The notes beneath the pieces were generated by a model. The model did no database searches and was not told where the DNA came from. It saw only the letters and a list, made by a program, of their open reading frames with translations. Position numbers and translations under genes: made by a program. A stretch of DNA of 44,940 nucleotides from a virus. This document shows positions 1 through 8,762 of the stretch, piece after piece (within the stretch, counting starts at the first letter, position 1; every line of letters starts with the position of its first letter). The DNA lies in the IMG/VR virus record IMGVR_UViG_3300048836_000035; one strand, given 5' to 3'.

Positions 1-127
1 TTCCCCTTTTTCCTTTGGAGACCTCATGTCCGTCGAACGACGATATTCGCTGATCCGGCATGAGCACACGATTCAGGACTTTGAAGACTGGGGCCTATTA
101 GGCACCACAGCCGATTGGTGGGGCAAG
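1..127. repeat. Terminal duplication: bases 1-127 are identical to 44814-44940 (unit genome 44,813 bp)
   Basis: Direct read-off: ttcccctttttcctttggagacctcatgtccgtcgaacg... recurs from 44814 to the window end. This fits a circular, circularly permuted or terminally redundant assembly. Confidence 0.95.
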
Positions 128-1336
128 CTCACTCGCGTCCTCGACAACGGCGTAATGGAGATCGGGAAGTACATCGACTTCCACGAGACCGACGACGACG
201 CCGGCGACTACGACTACCGCCTCACGGTGACTTCCGGGAGTCTGTACACTAGCGGCGACATTCAGACTGGCCGCGTTATTGCGCAGGGTGCGACTGGCGC
301 ACTTCCTTCGCTTGGATACGCCAACGAATCTACCAGCCTAGTCCTCAGCTACAGCGGAGACTTCGCCTACGGCCTGCTGGCCGGAGTCCTCAATTCTGGC
401 AACGCCTGGATTCAGGTGGGCCGCTTTGACGGCACGGCCACGGCGTACAACTTATCCCTACAGCCCCTCGGGGGCTCAGTACACGTAGGCAACATGGGTG
501 GCGGCGTCACTAACATCTACGGCACGAACGGCAACATCGTTGACTTCGTGACGAACCACGCGACCACGGCGTACCTGCGCCTATTCACCAACAGAGGAGC
601 TACGCTCAACTCCTACTGGTACACCGACGCTTCAGGGCACGGCCTTCTTGGCAGCAATGGCGCTTGGGATCTAGTGATTGATCAGGCCAGCAACGCCGTT
701 ACGATGTACGGCAACGTCGTTATTCCTAGTGGCAGCGGCTACTTCTTCGACGGCGGCGGTACAAACTACATCGGCAACAACACCACGTCCTCCTACTCCA
801 CGCTGCTCATCTCTAGCTCAAGGGGCGGATACAGCGGCTTTTACTGCGCGCACTCAGGCGTGTCGATGATGTGGGATAGCTCCGGTAACGGCGGCCCGTA
901 CCGCGAATCCAACAGCAGGTGGTTTCACTACTACAACGTCAGTACCGACTGCACCGGTTTCGGTGGCACGAGTACCTCGGGCTCCTACCGCATATACGTT
1001 ACCGGATCAGCCTACGCGACCGGCACTTGGACGGCCTCGGACGGACGCAAGAAGGAGAACATCCGCACGCTTAAGGGCGCGCTGGATGTCGTCTCCATGA
1101 TGCGCGGAGTCGAGTATACGTGGAAGGCAGACGCCAATGTTGGCCAAGACCCGGACGTTGCGCACATCGGCGTGATCGCTCAGGAAGTGCAGGAAGTCGT
1201 GCCGTCAGCGGTCCACTACGCAGCGGACTCTGACTCGTACGCAGTCGACTACAACGGCCTCGTCGGCCTGTTGATTCAGGCAGTCAAGGAGTTGAAGGAG
1301 GAAGTCTATGAGCTTAAGACAGAACGCCGTCGCTAA
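26..1336 (+). CDS. Tail fibre/spike protein with C-terminal intramolecular-chaperone (peptidase S74-type) domain
   Basis: 436-aa ORF with ggag SD upstream. The C-terminus (SDGRKKENIRTLKGALDVVSMMRGVEYTWK...HIGVIAQEVQEVVPSAV...YAVDYNGLVGLLIQAVKELKEEV) fits the S74 autoproteolytic chaperone-domain pattern of endosialidase and T5-pb1-type fibres. Confidence 0.85.
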   Translation: MSVERRYSLIRHEHTIQDFEDWGLLGTTADWWGKLTRVLDNGVMEIGKYIDFHETDDDAGDYDYRLTVTSGSLYTSGDIQTGRVIAQGATGALPSLGYANESTSLVLSYSGDFAYGLLAGVLNSGNAWIQVGRFDGTATAYNLSLQPLGGSVHVGNMGGGVTNIYGTNGNIVDFVTNHATTAYLRLFTNRGATLNSYWYTDASGHGLLGSNGAWDLVIDQASNAVTMYGNVVIPSGSGYFFDGGGTNYIGNNTTSSYSTLLISSSRGGYSGFYCAHSGVSMMWDSSGNGGPYRESNSRWFHYYNVSTDCTGFGGTSTSGSYRIYVTGSAYATGTWTASDGRKKENIRTLKGALDVVSMMRGVEYTWKADANVGQDPDVAHIGVIAQEVQEVVPSAVHYAADSDSYAVDYNGLVGLLIQAVKELKEEVYELKTERRR

Positions 1337-1571
1337 CTACATGAGCGTGCTGGTCTCGCAGTACCGCGTCTTGGAGGAAGAGAAGCAGCAGCTACTCAAC
1401 CCGAAGGGCCGGCTAGCCGAGATCGCCGCACAGCAGGAGGAGTTGGTTGAGGATGCACAGGCTGCCCTAGTCCGCTACAACGCGGCCCACGGAACGGACT
1501 ACACCCTCGCCCAGATCCGCAACAAGTTCAAACCAGCCACCCCCGCGCCTACTGGCCCGGTCGTACCGTAA
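1308..1571 (+). CDS. Hypothetical helical protein (87 aa)
   Basis: ATG is preceded by aaggaggaag. The protein is Q/E/A-rich. It overlaps the fibre gene 3' end by 29 nt. Confidence 0.6.
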   Translation: MSLRQNAVANYMSVLVSQYRVLEEEKQQLLNPKGRLAEIAAQQEELVEDAQAALVRYNAAHGTDYTLAQIRNKFKPATPAPTGPVVP

Positions 1572-1580
1572 GGAACCAAC

Positions 1581-1724
1581 ATGGAAACAGCACTCGTTGT
1601 ACTAGCCGTCGTAGCCTTTGCAGCTGGCGTATACTTCTTCGTCCACAAGACGGATAAGGCCAAGCCCGCGCGTCCTGCCGGTGGCCGACCGAAGGACCCC
1701 AACATCAAGACTGAGGAACGATAA
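1581..1724 (+). CDS. Small membrane protein (47 aa, below track cutoff)
   Basis: ATG 1581 follows aggaa. METALVVLAVVAFAAGVYFFV is a hydrophobic helix followed by a basic tail. The ORF fills the gap between flanking genes. Confidence 0.5.
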   Translation: METALVVLAVVAFAAGVYFFVHKTDKAKPARPAGGRPKDPNIKTEER

Positions 1725-1726
1725 GC

Positions 1727-2032
1727 ATGGCAACTAATCTGACGTGGACCGGCACTACCCAGTACACGGACGGTCGCCCGTACACGCAGGCAGACCACGG
1801 CGGCTACGAGGTCGAGGTCAACGGAGTAGTTGGCATCGCTGTCCCTGTTGCTTGGGACGTCGACAACCAGTACACGTTCCCGCTGGCTGACCTTCCGGGT
1901 GTCGTGCAGGGCGAGAACACGGTGCGGATGCGCACAGTTTCGGCAGCCGGTGTAGCCTCGGAGTACACCCCGCTGGTGTCTTTCGAGTACCGGTCGGTCC
2001 CTCAGGTGCCGACAAACCTCGCAGCAGAGTGA
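1727..2032 (+). CDS. Virion-associated protein with Ig/FN3-like sequence pattern
   Basis: 101 aa. TWTGTTQYTDGRPYT...YEVEVNG...VRMRTVSAAGVASEYT resembles a beta-sandwich decoration domain. Confidence 0.45.
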   Translation: MATNLTWTGTTQYTDGRPYTQADHGGYEVEVNGVVGIAVPVAWDVDNQYTFPLADLPGVVQGENTVRMRTVSAAGVASEYTPLVSFEYRSVPQVPTNLAAE

Positions 2033-2090
2033 CACTCTGGCTTGTCGGCGCGGCTGCTGTGGCCCTACTGATCTTCTTAGGAACTAGACT

Positions 2091-2801
2091 GTGACCCTTC
2101 TACAGATTGTCAACCGAGTCTTGCGCCGCCTCCGTGAGGATGCGGTGGCTGATTTCTCAGAAGACTACACGGCCCTCATCGTGGACTTCGTTGCTGATAT
2201 CCACGCCGAGATGCTCGACGCGCACGATTGGTCGGTCTTCGATACGGAGGTTACGGTTACGACCGTAGCCTCCCAGACCGAGTACGACCTGTACACGGCA
2301 GCGTCTACCCCTGTCACCCGCGAGTCCTTCCTGCGGTACGAGGGTCCTAATCCCTCAGTGTTCTACCGCAAGCCGACCTCGGACAACCAAGGTCATCAGC
2401 TGCGGCAGATCTCATGGCAGACCTACGTGGCCCTCAAGAACGAGGACCAGACGGATACGGCGGAACACCCCGAGTACTTCGCCATCATCCAGAACGACGA
2501 CGGGTGGCGCTTGGCTGTGTGGCCCACGCCGGATAACTCCGACACCGAGATCAACATGCAGTGGTGGATCCCGGAGGCTGCGATAGCTGGTGAGACGGCC
2601 ACGACCACGGACACCGTGAAGGTCCCGTCCCGTCCCCTCGTCTTAGGTGCCCTGATGATGGCGCTCAACGAGCGCGGTGAGGAACTCGGTGAACCGGGGA
2701 ATATGGCGGAGCAGCGATACTACGCCGCTCTGGGCGTCGCCAAAGAGACTGACATTCAGAATGCAGGCCGGGTCAACCGGTACGAGTTCTATAGAGAGTA
2801 A
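2091..2801 (+). CDS. Virion structural protein (possible adaptor / tail-tubular-A-like, by position only)
   Basis: 236-aa ORF with GTG start, in the same operon as the fibre and tail genes. No diagnostic motif recognised. Confidence 0.5.
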   Translation: MTLLQIVNRVLRRLREDAVADFSEDYTALIVDFVADIHAEMLDAHDWSVFDTEVTVTTVASQTEYDLYTAASTPVTRESFLRYEGPNPSVFYRKPTSDNQGHQLRQISWQTYVALKNEDQTDTAEHPEYFAIIQNDDGWRLAVWPTPDNSDTEINMQWWIPEAAIAGETATTTDTVKVPSRPLVLGALMMALNERGEELGEPGNMAEQRYYAALGVAKETDIQNAGRVNRYEFYRE

Positions 2802-2803
2802 CG

Positions 2804-4360
2804 ATGCCGCAACCGCGACGACATGGTGGAGCCGAGCTACTGCACATCCCGCTGGTTGTCCCCGGATTCAAGGGGCTGAACAAGCAGCAGGCAGGCTCGA
2901 CCCTCGGCCCGGAGTGGGCGACGGTACTGCTCAACGCCGCCATTGACGACTCTGGACGCGTCGCAGCCCGCAAGGGTTGGGGCGCTGTCACCACGTCTGC
3001 CCTCGGCTCGGCCATCGTGCAGGCCATCGAGTACATCAAGTCTGACGCCACTACTGCCCTGATCGTCAGCACAGCTACCACGCTGCACTCCAGCGTCAAC
3101 GACGGTGCGTCCTTCTCGGACATCACCGGTACTGCCTCCTTCACGGACGGCAACTGGCAGTTCCACAACTTCAACAACCAGATCATCGGCGTGCAGGCGG
3201 GCAAGGCCCCGATCCGGTACACCGGTACGGGCAGCTTCGCCCACCTCACGGACGTCAACGCCCCCAAGGGCGGAGTCAGTCTGTCGGCCTTTGGCCGCAT
3301 GTGGATCAGCGGTGCGGACGGCCACACCCTGTACTACTCGGCGCTGCTGGACGCTACGGACTGGACTAGCTCGGACTCAGGCACTCTTGACCTGTGGAAC
3401 GTGTGGCCCGGTAACGACCAGATCACGGCCCTTGCTTCTTTCAACGGCACCCTGATCGTCTTCGGCAAGAACAGCATCGTGTTCTACACCGACGGCGCAG
3501 GCTCCGCCCTTGGCTTCGACCCCATCCAAGCATACGTGTCCGACGTCGTTCGTGGCACGGGGTGCATTGCCCGTGACTCCATTCAGGAGGTCGACGGCGA
3601 CCTGTGGTTCCTGTCTGAGAACGGACTCCAGTCCCTCGGACGTCTCGTCACCCAGAAGTCCAACCCCCTTGACAATCTGTCCAAGCCGGTACAGGACTTC
3701 CTCAGCGCGTACGTGTCGGCAGCCGACCTTACGCTCCTCCGCTCCGCGTACTCACCGAGGGACAGGGTTTTCCTCCTTTCCCTACCTTCGGTGGGTACGA
3801 CGGAATCAGGCGTCGCCTTCGGGTTCGACACGCGCGGCAGGCTTGAGGATGGGTCCGCACGGTGTATCGGGACGTGGACGCTAGTCCCTACCGCTATGAT
3901 CGTGCGCCGAAACGGCAAGTTCCTCATGGCCCGCAAGGGTAGTGTGGGCAAGCTGGGGCAGTACATCACCGGTCTGGACGACGCTAGCAGCTACTCCTTC
4001 GAGTACAACTCGGGATGGATCGACCTCACTCAGCAGGGTCTCCTGCTCATGCCCAAGCGGTACGAGGGCGTGTTCTTCTCCGACTCCACCATCGACGTCA
4101 ACTTCAAGTGGGCGTTCGACTTCTCCAGTTCCTTCCTCTCCAAGACCAAGGCCTTCACGGGCACGGCGTCAGGCGGTGAGTGGGGAGCGGACGAGTGGGG
4201 GGAGGCAGAGTTCGGCGGAGGCGTCCTACTCCGCGAGGGCCAAGTCCCGGCCAGAGGAACGGGCCAGTACATCCAGCTGGGCATCTCAGCGATCATCTCT
4301 AACACCACGTTGGCTGTCCAGAAGCTAACCCTATTCGCCAAGGTTGGAAGGCTCTCCTAA
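2804..4360 (+). CDS. Virion structural protein (possible tail-tubular-B/nozzle-like, by position only)
   Basis: 518-aa ORF starting 2 nt after the previous stop. Beta-rich composition. Confidence 0.5.
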   Translation: MPQPRRHGGAELLHIPLVVPGFKGLNKQQAGSTLGPEWATVLLNAAIDDSGRVAARKGWGAVTTSALGSAIVQAIEYIKSDATTALIVSTATTLHSSVNDGASFSDITGTASFTDGNWQFHNFNNQIIGVQAGKAPIRYTGTGSFAHLTDVNAPKGGVSLSAFGRMWISGADGHTLYYSALLDATDWTSSDSGTLDLWNVWPGNDQITALASFNGTLIVFGKNSIVFYTDGAGSALGFDPIQAYVSDVVRGTGCIARDSIQEVDGDLWFLSENGLQSLGRLVTQKSNPLDNLSKPVQDFLSAYVSAADLTLLRSAYSPRDRVFLLSLPSVGTTESGVAFGFDTRGRLEDGSARCIGTWTLVPTAMIVRRNGKFLMARKGSVGKLGQYITGLDDASSYSFEYNSGWIDLTQQGLLLMPKRYEGVFFSDSTIDVNFKWAFDFSSSFLSKTKAFTGTASGGEWGADEWGEAEFGGGVLLREGQVPARGTGQYIQLGISAIISNTTLAVQKLTLFAKVGRLS

Positions 4361-5127
4361 TGTCGAACTACACCCAGAACGTCAGCTACGGTCCGAAGGA
4401 CGCCCTCACCACGGGCGACGCTGCGAAGCGTATCAAGGGCGTCGAGATCGACGCGGAGTTTGCGGAGATTGCTACGGCGATCTCCTCGAAGGAAGATACG
4501 GCGAACAAGGGCGCAGCCAACGGGTACTGCGGACTCGACGCAGGCGGCCTTGTGGTCAAGGCGGACCTCCCTGCTAGCGTCGTCTATAACGATGCGGCTG
4601 CGGCTCTGGGATCTACGCTCAGCGTGGCGGGGGCTACTACGCTGGCGGCCATGTCGGCTACGACTGGGGCGTTCTCCTCGAACACCACGGTAGGTGGGAC
4701 CCTCAACGTAACGGGCACGCTGACTGGTGCAGCCGGTGCGTTTACGTCCATGACCATCAGCGGCGTGTCGGTCCTTACGACCTCCTCGGGCCTAAATGCC
4801 AGCAACATCAATGCAGGCAGCATAAGCGCAGCCTACGTCCCGGTCGGCGCTGTCACGCAGCATCAGGCCAGCCTGAGCATTGCCGAGTCTCAGATTGCTG
4901 ACGGGGCCGTGTTTGGTCGCCTAGGCTCCACCGAGACGGTTACTGGCGCGTGGTCGTTCTCGGCTATGGGGGCCTCGACAATCACTGGCGCACTGACCCG
5001 CTCGACCATGGGCTCGCACCCGTACTTCGGGTCGTCCACCCAGAACAGCGGAAAGATCACCCTGTCCACCTCAGCAGCTTCCGGTACTCCGGGCGCTGGT
5101 GACATCTGGATCCAGTACACGGCGTAA
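4360..5127 (+). CDS. Tail fibre protein
   Basis: TAATG start/stop overlap. The N-terminus (KRIKGVEIDAEFAEIATAISSKEDTANKGAANGYCGLDAGGLVVKADLP) matches the common N-terminal pattern of phage tail fibres. The shaft is A/G/S/T-rich. Confidence 0.6.
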   Translation: MSNYTQNVSYGPKDALTTGDAAKRIKGVEIDAEFAEIATAISSKEDTANKGAANGYCGLDAGGLVVKADLPASVVYNDAAAALGSTLSVAGATTLAAMSATTGAFSSNTTVGGTLNVTGTLTGAAGAFTSMTISGVSVLTTSSGLNASNINAGSISAAYVPVGAVTQHQASLSIAESQIADGAVFGRLGSTETVTGAWSFSAMGASTITGALTRSTMGSHPYFGSSTQNSGKITLSTSAASGTPGAGDIWIQYTA

Positions 5128-5132
5128 GTATC

Positions 5133-5651
5133 ATGGGACTCAGTGTAGGCGTAAGCGGTGCGTGGAAGACCATGGCCAACCTGTCGGTTGGAGTTGGCGG
5201 CGCGTGGAAGCAGGTGCAGAAGGTCTCCGTCGGAGTAGGCGGAGTATGGAAGGATGCGTGGACGTACCTGACGGTAGCCGTTACGGCGACGATCCCCGAG
5301 CTTGTCTCAGAGATCTCGCCTACCGACGCTCAGTGCACTCTCACGGTTGCAAACACCGGTGCGCTCACTACGTCTCTCGGCACAGGCAACCAGACGTGGC
5401 TTACCGCAGGCAGCGCCTCTCAGGTCGATGTGAGGCTTACTCAGGTCAGCCTTACCGGGGCCGGTTCCATGTCGGGATCAGCCTTGGCGACGTGGCTCAA
5501 CTGCGGCACTACCCGCTCGTGGACGAACACCAACACCACGAACGGAGTCAACGCCAGCAAGTTCACGGGCACCCTTGAGTTCCGTGACGCGACGACCTTG
5601 GCCGTGCTTGACACGGCTACCGTCACTCTTGACGCGAACACGGAGACCTAA
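5133..5651 (+). CDS. Hypothetical virion protein with N-terminal triple VGVGGxWK repeat
   Basis: 172 aa. GVSGAWKTMANLSVGVGGAWKQVQKVSVGVGGVWKDAW contains three short repeats. Confidence 0.55.
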   Translation: MGLSVGVSGAWKTMANLSVGVGGAWKQVQKVSVGVGGVWKDAWTYLTVAVTATIPELVSEISPTDAQCTLTVANTGALTTSLGTGNQTWLTAGSASQVDVRLTQVSLTGAGSMSGSALATWLNCGTTRSWTNTNTTNGVNASKFTGTLEFRDATTLAVLDTATVTLDANTET

Positions 5652-5653
5652 CC

Positions 5654-5932
5654 ATGTTCGACGCCCTCAAATCACTGCTGGAGCTTATACCAGCTGTCGC
5701 TATCGTCCTATCTATAGGAATTGCATACGGAGTCTTAAAGGTGAAGAGTGCGACTACGGCCACACGCCTCGACCAGTTGGAAGCAGAAGCACTTAACCTT
5801 GACAGCGCGATGCGCGCGAGAGTGGACGGCATAGCTAGCGAGTTGTCGCAGCACAAGCACGACACGACGGACCGACTGGCCCGCATTGAAACAAAGTTGG
5901 ACATCCTGCTCCAACAGAACATCATCAAGTAA
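5654..5932 (+). CDS. Membrane-anchored coiled-coil protein (92 aa)
   Basis: N-terminal TM helix LIPAVAIVLSIGIAYGVL, then a heptad-like region. Confidence 0.55.
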   Translation: MFDALKSLLELIPAVAIVLSIGIAYGVLKVKSATTATRLDQLEAEALNLDSAMRARVDGIASELSQHKHDTTDRLARIETKLDILLQQNIIK

Positions 5933-5943
5933 GGTACAGACAC

Positions 5944-7254
5944 ATGCCCTTAATGGCAGCCGGTATCGGCGCAGTCGGTAGTATCGCGGGCGGCCTCATC
6001 GGAGGCAAGCCGTCGACTCCGAAGTACCGCCCCTTCGACGTGACGTCAGGCCTCGGTCTGGTGGACTACGACAAGAAGGGCCGGACCATCGACGCCACGC
6101 TCTCCCCGGAGCAGCAGGCGTTTGCGGACCAGTACAACCAGATTGCGCAGGGCTACCTCGGTGGTGGCTACGGCGGCCAGCAGGCGCAGGAGTGGATGCA
6201 GCAGGCAGGCGGGATGATCCCCGGCCTGTTCCAAGGCTCGCTGGATGCTTCGGCCATGGATCCGTACTCGCTTGCTGCGTACCAGCAGCAGTTGGGAGGG
6301 TTGCAGGGGCAGCTGGGCGGGATGTTTGGGGGTGCGGCTAACTACGGTGCGGGCATACTCGGAGGCCCGGCCCCCGGCGCGGCCCAGTCGAACCAGATGT
6401 TCGGCCTCGGCCAGCAGCTTGCGGGCAACAACTACAACGACGTGTACCAGCAGAGGCTCGGCCTTCTGCGCCAGCAGGCACAGCCGTACGAGCAGCGCGC
6501 TCAGGACTCGTTCCTTGGGCGGCAGTACGCAATGGGCCGCATGGGCACCACGGGTGGCCAGCGCGATATCGAGGCGTTCTCGACCGGCCTGAGTCAGGGT
6601 GACACGACCCGGCAGCTGGACGCGATGGGCTTGGCTGAGTCCCTGTACGGCAGGGATCAGGGTCTTGCTCAGGGCTACATGGGTCAGGGCTTGCAGGGCA
6701 TTCTGGGTGGCTTCGGTGCCCAGCAGCAGGCCGGTCAGGGCATGTTCGGCTTGGCTGGCCAGCTTGGACAGCAGCTTGGCGGTCTCTACGGGCAGGGCTT
6801 CGGCGCTGCGCAGGGCTTCAACGAGCTCACCAACCAGCGCGCACAGCAGCGGATGGCCAATGCCACGAACCTGTTTGGGTTTGGCTCGAACGTCAACACG
6901 CAGAACCTCCAGACCGGTACCGGTATGCAGGGGAACGCGGTCAACCTGTACCAGCAGTTGCTCGGCAACGCAGGCTACGGGCACACGGCTGGCGCTGGCG
7001 CTATGGCCGGTCAGGCCTACGCGGCTCAGTCCTTCCAGCCCAACGCGCTCGGCGCAGGCATTCAGGCGTTCAGCAACGGTATGCTCGCCAATCCGGCAGC
7101 CTTCGGCAGCCAGATCAAGGGCCTGTTCGGCGGAGGTGGTGCCCCGGCTCCGACCGTGGGCAGCTACGCCATGCAGCCGTTCAACGTGCCTAGTGGTGTG
7201 CAGAACATCCAGATGCCCAACTTCAACATCCTCCCCGGTGGAGGGAGCTTCTAA
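5944..7254 (+). CDS. Gly/Gln-rich internal virion (ejection) protein candidate
   Basis: 436 aa of low-complexity G/Q/A/M sequence, lying upstream of the SLT-containing protein. Confidence 0.5.
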   Translation: MPLMAAGIGAVGSIAGGLIGGKPSTPKYRPFDVTSGLGLVDYDKKGRTIDATLSPEQQAFADQYNQIAQGYLGGGYGGQQAQEWMQQAGGMIPGLFQGSLDASAMDPYSLAAYQQQLGGLQGQLGGMFGGAANYGAGILGGPAPGAAQSNQMFGLGQQLAGNNYNDVYQQRLGLLRQQAQPYEQRAQDSFLGRQYAMGRMGTTGGQRDIEAFSTGLSQGDTTRQLDAMGLAESLYGRDQGLAQGYMGQGLQGILGGFGAQQQAGQGMFGLAGQLGQQLGGLYGQGFGAAQGFNELTNQRAQQRMANATNLFGFGSNVNTQNLQTGTGMQGNAVNLYQQLLGNAGYGHTAGAGAMAGQAYAAQSFQPNALGAGIQAFSNGMLANPAAFGSQIKGLFGGGGAPAPTVGSYAMQPFNVPSGVQNIQMPNFNILPGGGSF

Positions 7255-8750
7255 TGGCGAATCCTCAGATGTATCCGGGCCTGCTCTCGCAGTTCGGCTT
7301 GGATCTCGACCCGGCCAAGATGAAGGAGCAAGACCTTCTCCTGAACCAGCAGCGCAACCTTGAGTTGGCTGGTGGGCTGGGCTACCGTGGCTCGGCAGCG
7401 GGTGCCGCTCAGGGCGGTGCCCTGTTCGCGGCTGCCCTTGCGAATCGGGGGTACAAGACCCCTGATCAAGACCAGCGGAAGATCGACACGGCCAAGCAGG
7501 CGACGCAGTTGATGGACGCGTGGAGGGCCAAGAACCCGGACGCCAAGGCTACCGACGCCTCCCTCCAGTACCAGAAGTTCCTTGCCGACTCTGCCTTCCG
7601 TAACGGGCTGGCCGACGTCGGTGCTTCGGTCATGGAACAGTACGAGACCAAGCGGATGCAGCGCGAGGCGCAGCAGCTTGAACTCAAGAACCTCGGCTTC
7701 GACTCGCGTATCAAGGAAGTGCAGGCCGACATGGCACCAGAGGAGGCCGAGCATCAGAAGTGGCTGTGGGGCCAAGAGGAGTGGCAGGATGTGTTCCCGG
7801 TCGGGGCCAACAACCCGAACACCGGCAAGCGCCTCAAGATCGACTCCGAAGGCAACATGACGGACAACCAAGGGAACGTCATCTATCAGGCTGGGGAGTA
7901 CACCTCAATCCGTCCGCAGGAGCTCACGTCGACCAACGGGGAAGGCGTCGAGCTAATGATGACCGACTCCGAGGCTGGCAAGAAGCGAGAGATCCAGACG
8001 GCCTTCGTGGAGATGATCGACGGTGTTACGGACGTTGCGAACATCATCGACAACGCGACTGCGCGGGATGGGAGCACTGACGTCCTAGGCTTCGGCGGAG
8101 CGGTCGCCGCTAAGTCTGTCGAGATCGCAGACAACATGACCTCGACGATGAACAACATCGGCAAGATGTTCGGCATCGCTCCGGGCGCAGTCGAGATCGA
8201 GATTCCCGGTGAGGTCGGCAAGAAGGGCCAGAAGAAGTACGCAGACCTGCGTGGTAGCGGGCAGAAGATCCTGCTTGAGAAGTACGGCAGACAGGTGGAC
8301 GGCGTGCTTCACGCCTACATCCCTGACGCCCTGCGGCTCACAGGTCAGGACGCCATCCGCATTCGACAGAACCTCATGAACGTGGCCTACGCGATCATGC
8401 GGTCGAAGGAGCCGGGCAACAACCGGTACTCGGACGCGGACTTCAAGAACGCTCTGGAACTTGCCGGTCAGGGATTGGCGGATCCCGAGAAGCTCAAGGC
8501 TACGTTGTACGACAACGTGAACCGGGCGGCTCGATCCTACGATCTGGCACTGGCTCAGACGGCTGGTATGCACGACCGGATCTGGTCGGCAGAGAGCAGA
8601 GAACTCACGGCTCGGAAGCGGGCCGAGTTCGACAAGCGGTTTGGCGGGTATGCGATTCCCACTGCACGTGGGGTAGCCCCGGTCAATAGCGGTCGTCCGG
8701 TCACGGTGACTGACGACGAGGGTGAGTGGCAGTTGTCCATCGCCCCATAA
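7254..8750 (+). CDS. Internal virion protein candidate
   Basis: 498-aa ORF with a start/stop overlap to the previous gene. Assigned by position within the internal-protein set. Confidence 0.5.
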   Translation: MANPQMYPGLLSQFGLDLDPAKMKEQDLLLNQQRNLELAGGLGYRGSAAGAAQGGALFAAALANRGYKTPDQDQRKIDTAKQATQLMDAWRAKNPDAKATDASLQYQKFLADSAFRNGLADVGASVMEQYETKRMQREAQQLELKNLGFDSRIKEVQADMAPEEAEHQKWLWGQEEWQDVFPVGANNPNTGKRLKIDSEGNMTDNQGNVIYQAGEYTSIRPQELTSTNGEGVELMMTDSEAGKKREIQTAFVEMIDGVTDVANIIDNATARDGSTDVLGFGGAVAAKSVEIADNMTSTMNNIGKMFGIAPGAVEIEIPGEVGKKGQKKYADLRGSGQKILLEKYGRQVDGVLHAYIPDALRLTGQDAIRIRQNLMNVAYAIMRSKEPGNNRYSDADFKNALELAGQGLADPEKLKATLYDNVNRAARSYDLALAQTAGMHDRIWSAESRELTARKRAEFDKRFGGYAIPTARGVAPVNSGRPVTVTDDEGEWQLSIAP

Positions 8751-8762
8751 CAAGGTGGATTG

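Noticed and set aside
6046-6984. Long antisense or off-frame ORFs opposite real genes: 6046..6984-, 8085..9143-, 10161..11216-, 40906..41838-, 16711..17325+, 27789..28604+, 31800..32492+ and 34711..35595+.
   Set aside because: These are shadow ORFs typical of ~60 % GC DNA. Their products are R/P/G/A-rich with no motifs. Each is fully covered by an opposite-strand or other-frame gene that has clear family motifs or operon coupling.
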